Of a stretch of DNA of 63,848 bases, positions 27,742 through 45,592 are shown in pieces; positions within the stretch are counted from its first letter, which is position 1, and each line of letters starts with the position of its first letter. The translations under genes were made by a program, and so were the position numbers. The notes below the pieces were generated by a model that was given only the letters and a program-made list of their open reading frames with translations, was not told the origin of the DNA and searched no databases. The DNA is taken from the NCBI GenBank assembly GCA_051294375.1, contig CM119265.1, forward strand, positions 8,130,924-8,194,771, read 5' to 3'. The DNA is from Paraspadella gotoi (taxonomy: Eukaryota; Animalia; Chaetognatha).

Positions 27742-28926
27742 TCTCTCTTCGCTCTCAATCTCTCTCTCGCATAATGATTTTATGGTTCACCTGAAGGATT
27801 TGAATGCATTGAGAGCGCGACTTTTCCTCAGGCGATGAACGACGAAAACGACGACGACGAAGACGACGTCGACTGCCACACAAAATCTGGTCACATTCAT
27901 TTTGTGGGATATCGGCGAGAATCTCCTCATACTTTGTCGTACATATTCTTTATTTTCAGCATAGAGACATAAAATTAAACTTTATTAAAAGTTTTTCGTG
28001 TAACTTAATACTACCTATCAGTAGAATGTTTAAGGTTCAAAAATGCCCACCAAAAAAATGTGATCGATCCTTTTTCACGTCTCCGCCTCTCCCTTCCTTC
28101 CCCTTAATTTAATTTCACGCAAAGACGGCGCCCGAACTTTGTCCGCCGTTGGAGCGCCAGCGAAAGCGTAAGGGTGGCAGTTTTATATAACGGATTTAGG
28201 TTGGTGTTTACAACCGGTTTAAAAATAGGTTGGAGTGCTCGCGCATTCTGGTAAAAATAAGGAAAGGCAATTACATAGGTCGGGAAATTGGTACGAGTGG
28301 TTTGTAAAAGGGTGACAATTCATCCGGGTCTGAATTTAGGTTTAAGGTCTCTCACTTCTTTTTAATCGAGTATAGGGATTTTTTGTTTTTTTAGAGGGGC
28401 GGGCTGTTGGGGCGTGGTCGTGGTGGCGTTTACATCCTCAAGGCCAACTGTAAATCCGGATGTCGTAAAACGAACGATGGCGTCGATTTTAAAGGTTCGC
28501 ATGTTTAGGGAAAGGGTTGGCGAGCGCGAAGAGAGGAAGGTGAGGTTCGGGAGAGTGAGGGGGGCGGCGACCGGCAGGAGTGTAGCACTGTCGAAGTCGG
28601 ATAAGGGGATTTGGGAAAGATATTTTTTAGGAGAAGAGGAGGAGGTAAGGTGCGAGAAACTGGGTAAGGACAAGAGGAATTTTTTTGGGTTAGTGAGAAA
28701 AAAATGAACAGCGGAATAGGTAGAATTTGAGTGAGACAAGATATTTTTGAAATCGAAATAGTTAGTTATCTGTGTTTAATTGTGATTAAGCGTGTAGGAT
28801 AGAAATCAAAAAAAAAAGGTGAGTTAGAAAAAAAAGCACAAAGTTCCAAGTCTTTGCGTTGGATCCGCTGCTGCCAACGCCGAGTCTTGGAGGATTGGAA
28901 GATAAAAGAAACGCGAGATGTGGAGA

Positions 28927-29010
<84 letters not shown>

Positions 29011-29354
29011 GATAATTCGACGGCCAAAAGTCGCAAACTTCTTTTTTACAGACTTCGTTTTCGGGGCAAATTCCGGAAAAAAAAAAGAATTAAAATGAGA
29101 GAAACAAGAAAAAAGAAAGAAAAAAGGGAAAAAAAAGGATAAAAAGGAACAACGCGATAAAAAAAATACGGAGAGGCCGAGTAGAAGAGCAGAACTGCCA
29201 AACTGGTTCTCGTAAAAAAAAAGGGAAAAAAAAAAGTTTTGGGGAAATTTTGAGGGGAAAGAAATTGGCGGCTGCCCTGCTTTGAAAAGATAAAAAATAA
29301 TATAAAGAATAATAAAATGAAAATAAAATCAATAATTGTGAAAAAATTACATCG

Positions 29355-29408
<54 letters not shown>

Positions 29409-29619
29409 ATCTCTCTCCTAATCTCTTTTTTTATCTCCGCTCTCTATCTAACTCCTATCTCCCTCAATATACGGTATTGGCATCGGCTGCGATTCCTGGA
29501 TAATTTTTTTTTCTCTCTCTCTGTTTGTTGATGTAAGGATTTATCAATTTTATTCGTTCGGGAAAAAAGCGAGCAAAAATTAGGAAGCGTTCGTTGCTCT
29601 CTCTCTCTCTCTCTCTTCT

Positions 29620-29665
<46 letters not shown>

Positions 29666-30462
29666 TCCTCTCTCTTACTCCACCCTCTCTTCTCCCTCTC
29701 TCGGATCGGTGAGAAGATTCTCAAAAAATGGCGTCGTCATTATCAGGAGTAAGAAAGCGCGAATCGGGAAAATCTTCGGGATGAGATAAGAGGGAGTGGG
29801 GTGGAGGGGGTGGGGGTGGGGAGCGGGGAACGGAGAGAAAAGAGTGAACGAAAGAGGAAGATGAGGGGATAGAGTGGAGACCTCGGCAGAAGGGGAGTGG
29901 GGAGAAAAGTAATTTCGTAGAAAAGCTTTTTTTTTCAAAGTCCCGAACTGTAAAATGTTTGGAAGAGAAAGGGGGCTTACGAATGAATGACAGTACGGCC
30001 ATGGGCGTAGCGGGGCTGCCGCCCGAATCCCCTCCGAATGTAGCCCCCTAGGAGCAACGACCCCCCCGTCTCCTCATCATGGAAATTCTCCGTTCCCCCC
30101 CCCTCATTCCAACCCACACGCACTTTCCGTGCTCCATTATCTCTTTGCCCTTCCCCCTCTCCGCCCCCTCCTCTCGCCCATCCAACCCTTCGAGAAAAAA
30201 AAAGGGTCCACTTACGGGGCTTCGATCTTGACCCTCCTCCTCCTCATTTCTCCTCCTCCTCCTCCTCCTCCTCTTCGGATTTCGTCGTTTTGGAAAGAAG
30301 AAGCTTCATAATTGGTTATTAACCCTCTCTCATTTCCGGAATGTTTAGCGTGTCGGCTTGTGGGAAGGGTTAGCATGAATTGGAAAGGAAAGGAAGGGAA
30401 GGGGAAAGGAAAGGAAAGGAAAGGAAAGGAATGGAAAAAAAAGGAAAGGTAAGGAAAGGAAA

Positions 30463-30490
<28 letters not shown>
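21809..30490 (+). repeat. Block A version 3 (continues into unique sequence)
   Basis: Same start after a 25-N gap, and the ORF track repeats at +16500. Appears identical to version 2 up to ~27360, then shows indel-type differences. Confidence 0.9.
23071..25417. mobile_element. Same hAT element, copy 3 (same insertion site, inside a duplicated block)
   Basis: Same termini, TSD (23063-23070, 25418-25425) and flanks; offset 16,500 bp from copy 1. Confidence 0.9.
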
Positions 30491-30494
<4 letters not shown>

Positions 30495-30598
30495 AAATAA
30501 ATCAAATAATAAATAAATAATAAATAAATAAATAAATAAAAAAATAAAATAAATAAATAAAATAAATAATAATAATAACTAATAATAATAATAAATAA

Positions 30599-30641
<43 letters not shown>
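30385..30641. repeat. Compound (GGAAA)n-(AAAT)n-(AAT)n microsatellite
   Basis: Seen directly in the sequence. Confidence 0.9.
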
Positions 30642-31245
30642 TTTCCTCATTGATTAATAGAAACAGTTATTTCATCAAACAAATTAAATTAAACATACGC
30701 AACATCAACCGAGTACAATTCTCCGGAGTTCTCCTCCCGTTCTCCTCCATTCTTCCCCCCGTTCTCCCTATTAACCCCTTTCCCTCCATTTTTCTTTCAT
30801 CCTCTGATTTCTTCTCTCCATCTTTTCACCTTCACGGATCCATCTCTCACAGACGTCCGCCATAAATAAAAAAAAACTTCCGCCATTTTTCATGGAGCGA
30901 GATCCAGATTGTCTTATTATATGGCGAGACTTCAGGGACGGACGGACGGACAAACGGATGGACCGACAAGAAGATTTACGACGCGGACAGATGACGATGA
31001 CGATGACGGCAAACTGGGACATTTAATCTCAAATACGAACTATTAACATTTAACATTTAACACTTTCGTGTTATATCTTTCGTTCAGATCCCTTTTGTTT
31101 TTCCTTGTCTTCTTTTTTCTTCTCAGTGCGACATCTGGATCGAATGTCTTCTCAGTTCTCGGTTATTTATCGAAGGCTTGATTTTGCTTTATGGCCTTTC
31201 ATCGAAGTGTCTCACTCTCTATCTCTGCGTGACGCAACGCGGCTT

Positions 31246-31379
<134 letters not shown>

Positions 31380-31632
31380 AGACGTTTCACTCCGAATGCG
31401 TTATCGTTTTTCACAAGTTCACAACTTCTCTTTATGTTCCATCGGGAAGAACAACGAAGTCGACGACGACGACGAAGACGACGACGACGACGAACAAATA
31501 AATAGAAAAAGCAACGAGACAAATGGAACCACATTCGCGGAATCGACGTCAAAAAGTCTCGATGGCATCTGCAATGCCATGGAGGCATTTGCGAAAAATA
31601 ACGCAATGCCATCTGCAAGAAATGTCCATTCT

Positions 31633-31684
<52 letters not shown>

Positions 31685-32045
31685 GACGTCGTTCTTAGAA
31701 CGCACGCCGGAAATAAAGAGACTCGGTTACATCCGGACACAGAGACCTGTCTACGGATGTCATTCGATCTCGTTTCCCTTTTCCTCTACGTCACTTTTTT
31801 ATTGTTTTTTTTTTTCAAGTTTTGTTCCATCGATGAACTTGTGAAAGAAAGAAGCCTTTGGATAAAATAGATCCTCAGATAAAAGATATATCATGACAAG
31901 AGGATAATATCATAGGTAGAATAAGTTACAAAATATGTGTTGACTTAACAAGACTGAATCATTACAAATTCAATTTGTCGTCGAAGAGTAAGAAAAGATA
32001 TCAGAGAAGAATTTAAGAGAAGTTGAAGGAAAAGAAAGAAAAGAA

Positions 32046-32187
32046 AAAAAGTAGGAACTCGGATCCTGATGAAAAAGAAAAAAGAAAAGAAAAGAAAAGA
32101 AAAGAAAAGAAAAGAAAAGAAAAGAAAAGAAAAGAAAAGAAAAGAAAAGAAAGAAAAGAAAAAAAGTCGGAACTCGGATCCTGATGG
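32046..32187. repeat. (AAAAG)n tract bracketed by a ~26-bp direct repeat
   Basis: AAAAAGT(A/C)GGAACTCGGATCCTGATG at ~32046 and ~32161, with (AAAAG)n between. Confidence 0.85.
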
Positions 32188-32513
32188 TCAACTTTTGATT
32201 TATGGAAAATGGAAGAAAAGGTGGGAGACCTGGGAATTGGACCAGGGTGGAAAGAGAAGAAAAGGGAAGAGAAAAAGAAAAGAAAAGAAAAAAAGCAGAG
32301 AGAAATAAAGTAACAAAAAAGAAACTTGAAAATAAAAACTATTTAATGAAATTATGAGTTATACAGAAATGAAAAATTGTTTTGATTCGCAGATGTTAAT
32401 TCGTAAAGTTTATTAGCGAACAAAAAAAAATATCTTTCCTGTCCTTTTTTTCACGCCTACGACTTCATTAAAAATCGTTTTAATTTGATTTTATCTACGT
32501 AACGAAATTGACG

Positions 32514-32594
32514 CCGACGACGACGATGACGACGACGACGACGAAGACGACGAAGACGACGACGACGAAGAGGACGACGACGACGACGAGGACG
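32514..32594. repeat. Imperfect (GAC)n microsatellite
   Basis: GAC run with GAA, GAG and GAT variants. Confidence 0.9.
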
Positions 32595-32697
32595 TTAGAA
32601 CCTTCACGTTGGCTTCGCTGAAGGAAATGAAAAAATCACGCGGCTTCAGATTTCACGCGATATAAACCCTCTTTATGAAAATTCTTCGTTCTTTTCT

Positions 32698-32784
<87 letters not shown>

Positions 32785-32914
32785 CTCTCTCTCTCTCTCC
32801 ACGCTTTTAATATTCTTTTATCTCCTTTGAAGGTAATTGAAGCAGGTTCTTCTCGCTTGATTAACCAGCGGCTTCTTTCGAGTTTGAGATTGAATTTCTG
32901 GGGAAGAGAAAGAG

Positions 32915-33004
<90 letters not shown>

Positions 33005-34100
33005 AGAGAAGAGGAGGGAGAGAAAGCGAGAGAGAAAGCGAGGGAGAGATTTTTAAAAAAGAGAGAGATAAGGAGAAATTCTCGCTAAAAACGTGACGCG
33101 TAAGAACGAAGAATATTTCTTCTTTTTTTTCTATTCCATTTTTTTCCCCTTCTTTTCTATTTGTCTCTCTGTTTTACCTTTTTCTTTACTGCTCTTTCTC
33201 TTTTCTCCTCTTCTTCCTCTTTTCTTTTTCTCGTTCTTTCCTCCCTTTTCTTTTTCCTCCGTGTCTCTCCCTTTCCATCAAATCCTTCTTCCCGACCTCA
33301 GCTCCTTCTGTCTCGTCAAACTTTTTAGAAATAAATCTTCTTGATCGTTCCCCTTCTTTTCTTCTCTTCTCCCAAATCTCCGATTTCTCTCTTGACTTTT
33401 TTTTCAATACTTTTCTACGGTATGAATACTATTTTGTAGTATAGCTATCGTAATAGTTATAAGTTTAAGTTACAAGTTTATTTATCTTTCTCCCATCCTA
33501 TTTTTTTTTAACCCACCAGTAGTGTCTAATGTCACGCCCGTTTTTCATCGACCCTCCACTTATCCACCATCCATTCAAACATNNNNNNNNNNNNNNNNNN
33601 NNNNNNNNNNNNNNNNNNNNNNNNNNNNNNNNNNNNNNNNNNNNNNNNNNNNNNNNNNNNNNNNNNNNNNNNNNNNNNNNNNNNNNNNNNNNNNNNNNNN
33701 NNNNNNNNNNNNNNNNNNNNNNNNNNNNNNNNNNNNNNNNNNNNNNNNNNNCTTCCCATCCGAAGTGAATTGTCGCTAATCTTTGCTTTTTACTCGTTAT
33801 CTCTTTCTCCTTCCCTTTTTTTTTCCCTAATCCTCCCCTTTTCTTTAAAAAAAAAAACCCCTTCTATTCCTCCTCCTTTTCTCAACAGTTTCCAGAGTCC
33901 GAAATTCCTTACTGTCCTTGTTCTCTCCTCTTCTTCCTCCTCCCTGGACGTTCACCTACCCTGCCCTCTGGCGAGTTCATCCATCAGGGGAGACACGCCC
34001 ACCGCATCCATTTTTCAGCGGAGAACAAATGAGCAAATGAAGAATCGGCATCCGCGCGTCGGCCTGAGACGAATGGAAGGCGATCCGAGACGGCGATGCC

Positions 34101-34207
34101 GGCACCTGGATGACCCGGAGATGGCATTGCGGGCACCCGGATGACCCGGAGATGGCATTGCGGGCACCTGGATGACGCGGAGATGGCAATGCCGGCACCT
34201 GGATGAT
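34101..34207. repeat. 31-bp GC-rich minisatellite (~3.5 units)
   Basis: Unit GGCACCTGGATGACCCGGAGATGGCATTGCG starts at 34101, 34132, 34163 and 34194. Confidence 0.9.
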
Positions 34208-34856
34208 AGCATCTGGTTGACCCGGAGATGCTTGCACATGAGTTGACCCTGCTATAGCAAATATTTTTTTCGAGCAATACCGTTTGCACTTAATCATATT
34301 AATACATAGAGGCAATAATATCATTTATTTTTCGACATTGTTTCAAATCCATCGAGTCACTTTTTTTCCGAAGCAATGGCGACTGGAACATTAGGCTTTA
34401 ACTTCCGACTGGAGAGAAGAAGAGAACGGAAAAGCCATCATCCGAAGTCTGGGTGGACGGTGGTGTTTTGGGCGTCCAGGGGTGGCAATGGGTCCGTCAT
34501 GGAGGTGGAAATGTTGAAGGTTGATGCCGTTCCGTACTGTACGTGTACGTGATGTACGTACTGGAGAAAAATTAAGTGGTGAAGTAAACCTAAATTTAGA
34601 AATTTAGTCATAATCGCCAGAAATGGTAATTTGCCAGCGCTCGCCATTGACCGTTGCCATTCGACCTCGGACCAAAAAAAAAGGTCGTAGCGACGCCAAG
34701 TGGGCTGCGTCGTTACTACCGAAATAATGGAACACAATTGATCATGGGCCATTTCATTACTGCCTTTGTTCCAGGAGCAGACCCAATTATAGGAATGCGT
34801 GGAATATTTAACAACGAAAAACGGCGACCACGACGACGACGACGACGACGACGTTA

Positions 34857-35699
<843 letters not shown>

Positions 35700-36438
35700 C
35701 TCTGTTTTTTTCTCTCTTTCCCTTTTTTTTTTTATTTTTTATTTCCAGTTTCTGCAACGTTTTCTTCTTTTTCTCATGTTACATCTCACTTTTCCTTATT
35801 AACTTTTTTTTACTTTTTTTTTTACTGCCAGTTGCTTTCTCCTTTCTCCTAACCCCATATTGCCCTCTCTCTTGGTTTTTCTTTCTTTTTTTTATTTCGT
35901 CTCTGTCCATGAACCAATGCTCCTGCTGGTTTGAATGTTTCTCTCTCACTCACTCTCTCTCTCTCTCTCCTACTTTTGCCTCTCTCTCTTCTCCCTTTCT
36001 TTCCTCCTTTCCTCGCTTCCTTCTTATTTCCTGTGGGTTCTCGCGCTCGCTTCCTTCAAAGTTCAACCAACTGTTAGTAATTCTGCTGCCGCTTTTTTTT
36101 TGGCCTCAGCCGCCGCGGGCAGTGGCTGCAGCGACGTTGGCAGCTCGCCGCCGCTTCCGCCGCTCCGCTGCGTCGTCGCCGCTGCGTTTATGCTTTCACT
36201 TTGGAGGAGGAAACAAAGAGGAGTAAAAAAAAATCTTTTCTCTCCATATTTTTTTTTATTTTTCGATTTTTTTTTCCATTCCTCCCTTTTCTCGTAGAGG
36301 GTCCATTCTTTATAGAGAGAAAAGAAATTCTCTCTCTCTCTCTCTCTTTTTTTATTATTTCAGTAAAAGAGCAAAAATCGAAAATCCATTGTGTGTGCTT
36401 TGAGGGACAGNNNNNNNNNNNNNNNNNNNNNNNNNCAG

Positions 36439-36474
<36 letters not shown>

Positions 36475-36541
36475 AGAGAGAGACGAATCTGAAAGAAGTT
36501 GTTTTCTACGTAAAGGACGAACCGACACGCATCCATCCAGC

Positions 36542-36619
<78 letters not shown>

Positions 36620-36677
36620 GTCTCGACGTCCTCCAAAAATCTTTGGTTCTCGCTTCCGCCGTCCCAGAGGCGCCGTC

Positions 36678-41307
<4,630 letters not shown>

Positions 41308-41468
41308 AAGAATTTGTCTTTCGCTCACTGACCCGATTTCTCGGTCAATTTCTTACTTTCGATAATAATCCAACGACGAAGAATTTCTCTCTCATAACTT
41401 ACCCGCCTGGGCCTGCCAGCCTGACCCGCGAGACCTCGCGAGCCCCAATCTCTCGAATCGGACCTTAC

Positions 41469-41553
41469 CTTCGAAAAAATGTCGAGCTCAAACGGCGGAG
41501 AAAGTAAGTCAGTTCCCGTCCGGATCGGTTTATCTCGATCGACGATTTCCGTT
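41469..41553 (-). CDS. Candidate 85-nt internal exon, product unknown
   Basis: Minus strand reads CTCTCTCTCTTTCCCGACGGCAG | exon | GTAAGG. One open frame gives TEIVDRDKPIRTGTDLLSPPFELDIFSK. No homology recognised. Confidence 0.22.
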
Positions 41554-41564
41554 CTGCCGTCGGG

Positions 41565-41726
41565 AAAGAGAGAGAGAGCAGTTATGGTCAAAAGAACGAA
41601 GCGAAACACGAAACTTTACCCTCATTTTTTTTCTTTTCGTCTCTCTTTCTCGTCTCTCTACATTTTGGAGCATTTCATTCAAATCAATCAATCTTCTGTC
41701 TTCTCTCACGTTTTTCTTATCTATTT

Positions 41727-41776
<50 letters not shown>

Positions 41777-42024
41777 TCTCTCTCTCTTCTCTCTCGTCTC
41801 TCTCTCTCCTCTCTCTCTTCTTCCCCATCTCCCCATTTTCCTCTCCGTCTCGTTTCTTTCCTTTCCCTGTTTGTTTTCCTTTGATTTCCTTTACTTATTA
41901 TCCCCCATCATTCTCGGGTCATTTTTGGGGTCAGGTGGTTGAAAGGGAAAGGGCTGGAGAAAGGANNNNNNNNNNNNNNNNNNNNNNNNNGTTAAGTTAG
42001 GAACCAATGGAAGAGAGAGAGAGA

Positions 42025-42084
<60 letters not shown>

Positions 42085-42226
42085 CAGTTATGGTCAAAAG
42101 AACGAAGCGAAGACACGAAACTTTACCCTCATTTTTTTTCTTTTCGTCTCTCTTCTCGTCTCTCTACATTTTGGAGCATTTCATTCAAATCATCAATCTT
42201 CTGTCTTCTCTCACGTTTTTCTTATC

Positions 42227-42317
<91 letters not shown>

Positions 42318-42464
42318 TCTTCCCCATCTCCCCATTTTCCTCTCCGTCTCGTTTCTTTCCTTTCCCTGTTTGTTTCCTTTGATTTCCTTTACTTATTATC
42401 CCCCATCATTCTCGGGTCATTTTTGGGGTCAGGTGGTTGAAAGGGGAAAGGGGTGGAGGAAGGA
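41565..42464 (+). repeat. ~0.4-kb duplication straddling a 25-N gap (41565-41965 and ~42070-42464)
   Basis: GAGAGCAGTTATGGTCAAAAGAACG...GGTCAGGTGGTTGAAAGGG is present on both sides of the gap at 41966-41990. Confidence 0.88.
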
Positions 42465-42757
42465 GGGTAGGGAGGGGTCGGGAGGAGGGGAGGAAGGAGG
42501 AATATTGAAGAAGAGAGGGAGAAACCAGTCGGACATGAAATAGGGAAACCAAGAGTTTTCAATCTTTCTCCTTCTGTTTGTCCGTCAGTCAAACTGTCTG
42601 TCTGGCTCCCTCTTCTCTCTCTCTCTCTAATAATACGCGGCCGGACCAGGAAAAAAAAATATCGTTCTTTGGTACAACCGATATTTGGACGGAGGAAAAA
42701 GATTTTTCTTCATCTGAGGAAGAAAAGAAAGGAAAGAAAAAAATGAGGTAGGTTAGA

Positions 42758-42856
<99 letters not shown>

Positions 42857-42913
42857 GAATCGGTCTCTTCATATTTCATGGGCGCCATTTACGAACGCTC
42901 TCGGGATCCTTAC

Positions 42914-42925
42914 CCCCTTTTTATC
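42914..42925 (-). CDS. Candidate 12-nt microexon (GATAAAAAGGGG)
   Basis: Minus strand reads TCTCTTTTATTACAG | GATAAAAAGGGG | GTAAGG; identical in the duplicate at 45650-45661. Confidence 0.2.
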
Positions 42926-43144
42926 CTGTAATAAAAGAGATTTCCTAAAATGATCGCTTCATCACGAGACTGAACTCGTGGACCAATGGGCCATCCTCAT
43001 TCCTCATTCCTCATGGGTCAGTCATTTGCTGTTCAGAAGAGGAGGGAGATCTTGTATCATCTGAGTTAGGGGCGATGCTATTGGCAGGACACTCATACTT
43101 ACTTAACTTACCCTTTTTTAAGCTTTTCTAAATCATAAGCCTCG

Positions 43145-43353
43145 CGTTCTCCTCTTCTCAGGCCAACTGCTCAGTCCTTACGTTCTCCTCTTCTCAGTCC
43201 AACTGCTCAGTCCTTACGTTCTCCTCTTCTCAGGCCAACTGCTCAGTCCTTACGTTCTCCTCTTCTCAGGCCAACTGCTCAGTCCTTACGTTCTCCTCTT
43301 CTCAGGCCAACTGCTCAGTCCTTACGTTCTCCTCTCTTCAGGCCAACTGCTCA
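43145..43353. repeat. 36-bp minisatellite (5.8 units)
   Basis: Unit CGTTCTCCTCTTCTCAGGCCAACTGCTCAGTCCTTA, head-to-tail with no spacers. Confidence 0.93.
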
Positions 43354-43710
43354 TAGAATATCCGATCTCTTCGTCCTCTTTCGATAAACGTTCATTGTTT
43401 AGAGAATCATCAATGAAGGAATCTTCTGGCACCATGACCATGGAACATCAAAGAGCCACGGACTCAAAGACTTGGCCGAGAGCGGAGAAAGCTTGTACTG
43501 TCGATAAACGCTCCAGAGAGACCGAGGCAAAACGTTAAATACACCGACCCAATGTGACCCAACGTGACCCGTTCAAGGTCGATCCGTGACCCATAGAAAT
43601 CTCGCTTTTTTTAGGCTCTCAGGCAAAAGCGGACAGCACGAACCGACCCCCTCTCGATAAAAATATCGCTGGACGACCAACCATAAATGGAAATGTTGCA
43701 CTCTGACCCC

Positions 43711-43753
43711 GTCACCTAGCAACGACAGAAACCGCCATTTCCGGGTCCGCCCC
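43711..43753 (-). promoter_or_regulatory. Candidate proximal promoter: RFX X-box + YY1 + ETS-like + GC box
   Basis: GTCACCTAGCAAC (43711-43723) fits GTNRCC-N-RGYAAC. Also CCGCCATTT (43732-43740), TTTCCGG (43738-43744) and CCGCCCC (43747-43753). Duplicated at 46448-46490. Motif matches only. Confidence 0.45.
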
Positions 43754-43816
43754 CGTCCGATGCTAACAAAGACGAAAAGGATATGACTAAAGAGGCGAGA
43801 AGCTTGCTCTCTCTCT

Positions 43817-43857
<41 letters not shown>

Positions 43858-43991
43858 CAGCTGGAACAACCACGTCGACTTATTTCTCCATATGTCATTT
43901 TCGCTGAAGGCGCCCTGAGAGCTCCGCCTGTCGGAGGAACCCGCGGCGCCTTCCTGTCGAAACCCTGGAATCGGGGAAATGGAATCTCCGC

Positions 43992-44063
<72 letters not shown>

Positions 44064-44206
44064 TCCTTCCTTCTATCTCCCTTGGCCGGATCTCTCTTTA
44101 TCTTTCCTTTGCATAAAACTTTCTCTCCTTCTCGTCGCTCTACATCTTCCATCATCGTGGCCATCTGCTTTCTCTCTCATCTTCTCTCTCTTCTCTCCTC
44201 TCTCTC

Positions 44207-44259
<53 letters not shown>

Positions 44260-45460
44260 TTCATCACCCTTTCCTCTAATCATCCTCTCCCAAGCGCGCC
44301 CAATGTCAATTTCCCCCTTTCCCCCCACCCTCGCCCCAAACCCCCCCTCCGCCCCCCTCCTAAAATCCTTAGACGATGAATGGATGCGCTACGAATTATT
44401 TTTTCTCTTTTCACGACGAACGCTTCGAATGATCTAGCCTTTTGTTTCGTTCGATTCCGTCCACTTTTTACGATGTTTTATTAAACAATAACAAATCAAT
44501 TCATTAACCGACGTTTTGTTTTGTTTTTTGGTTGTTTGTTGTTGTTTTTTGTTTTGTTTTTTAATTGTTTTTTTTCGATTTCCTCTCTCTGATCGGACGA
44601 CGATGAAGTAATATAGGGAGTGAAATTTGTTTTCGGTTTACCTTTATTTAATCTTTTATACCTCGTCTATTTATCCTTTAGCGATTTAATATATAATTAC
44701 ACTGTTAAAAATATTTCATACTTCCTTCCTTCTTCCTCTCCCATTCTTCCTCCTCCTTCTTTCTCTCTCCTTCCTTTCCTTCCCTAATTTCTTCCTTCTT
44801 TTTAACCAAATCCTCACATCAGTTTCCCTTCGTTTTCCTCTCTAACTTCCTATCCCCAACATTTCTTTGCTCCTTTCCTCTTCCGCCTCTCTTTTTTCCT
44901 CCTCTCCTTTTTTCCTCCTATCTTTTCTCCGCCTCACTTTGCGACGGGAAAGTTAAGTGACCTGCTAAAACACATTCTCCTGTAATTCCTTCTCTCTCTC
45001 TCTGCTTTTAATGAGTCCTGAACAGCTTGAGACTCTAAACACGAATGAATCACGATATACATAACTTTCCTTTTCTTTTCTTTTCTTCTTTTCTTTCTTT
45101 TTTTTTCAAATTTTTTCTTCGGTTGATCTTTTTTTTTTAAACCTCGTTTCAATTTTTTTCTTTCTGGTAGGGAGGGGTCGGGAGGAGGGGAGGAAGGAGG
45201 AATATTGAAGAAGAGAGGGAGAAACCAGTCGGACATGAAATAGGGAAACCAAGAGTTTTCAATCTTTCTCCTTCTGTTTGTCCGTCAGTCAAACTGTCTG
45301 TCTGGCTCCCTCTCTCTCTCTCTCTCTCTAATAATACGCGGGCCGGACCAGGAAAAAAAAATATCGTTCTTTGGTACAACCGAATTATGGACGGAGGAAA
45401 AAGATTTTTCTTCATCTGAGGAAGAAAAGAAAGGAAAGAAAAAAATGAGGTAGGGTTAGA

Positions 45461-45592
<132 letters not shown>

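Noticed and set aside
31561-31618. GATGGCAT/ATGCCATC inverted repeats as a structured RNA or MITE
   Set aside because: Stems are only 7-8 bp, with no TSD and no second copy in the window.
41479-41509. Plus-strand first coding exon (AAAAATG...MSSSNGGE|GTAAGT)
   Set aside because: It overlaps an equally plausible minus-strand exon and no downstream exon was identified; cannot be resolved from sequence alone.
42744-42756. TGAGGTAGGTTAG as a let-7-like miRNA
   Set aside because: Only a seed-length match, with no precursor hairpin.
43145-43353. 36-bp repeats as a CRISPR array
   Set aside because: Units are head-to-tail with no unique spacers, there are no cas genes, and the context is eukaryotic.
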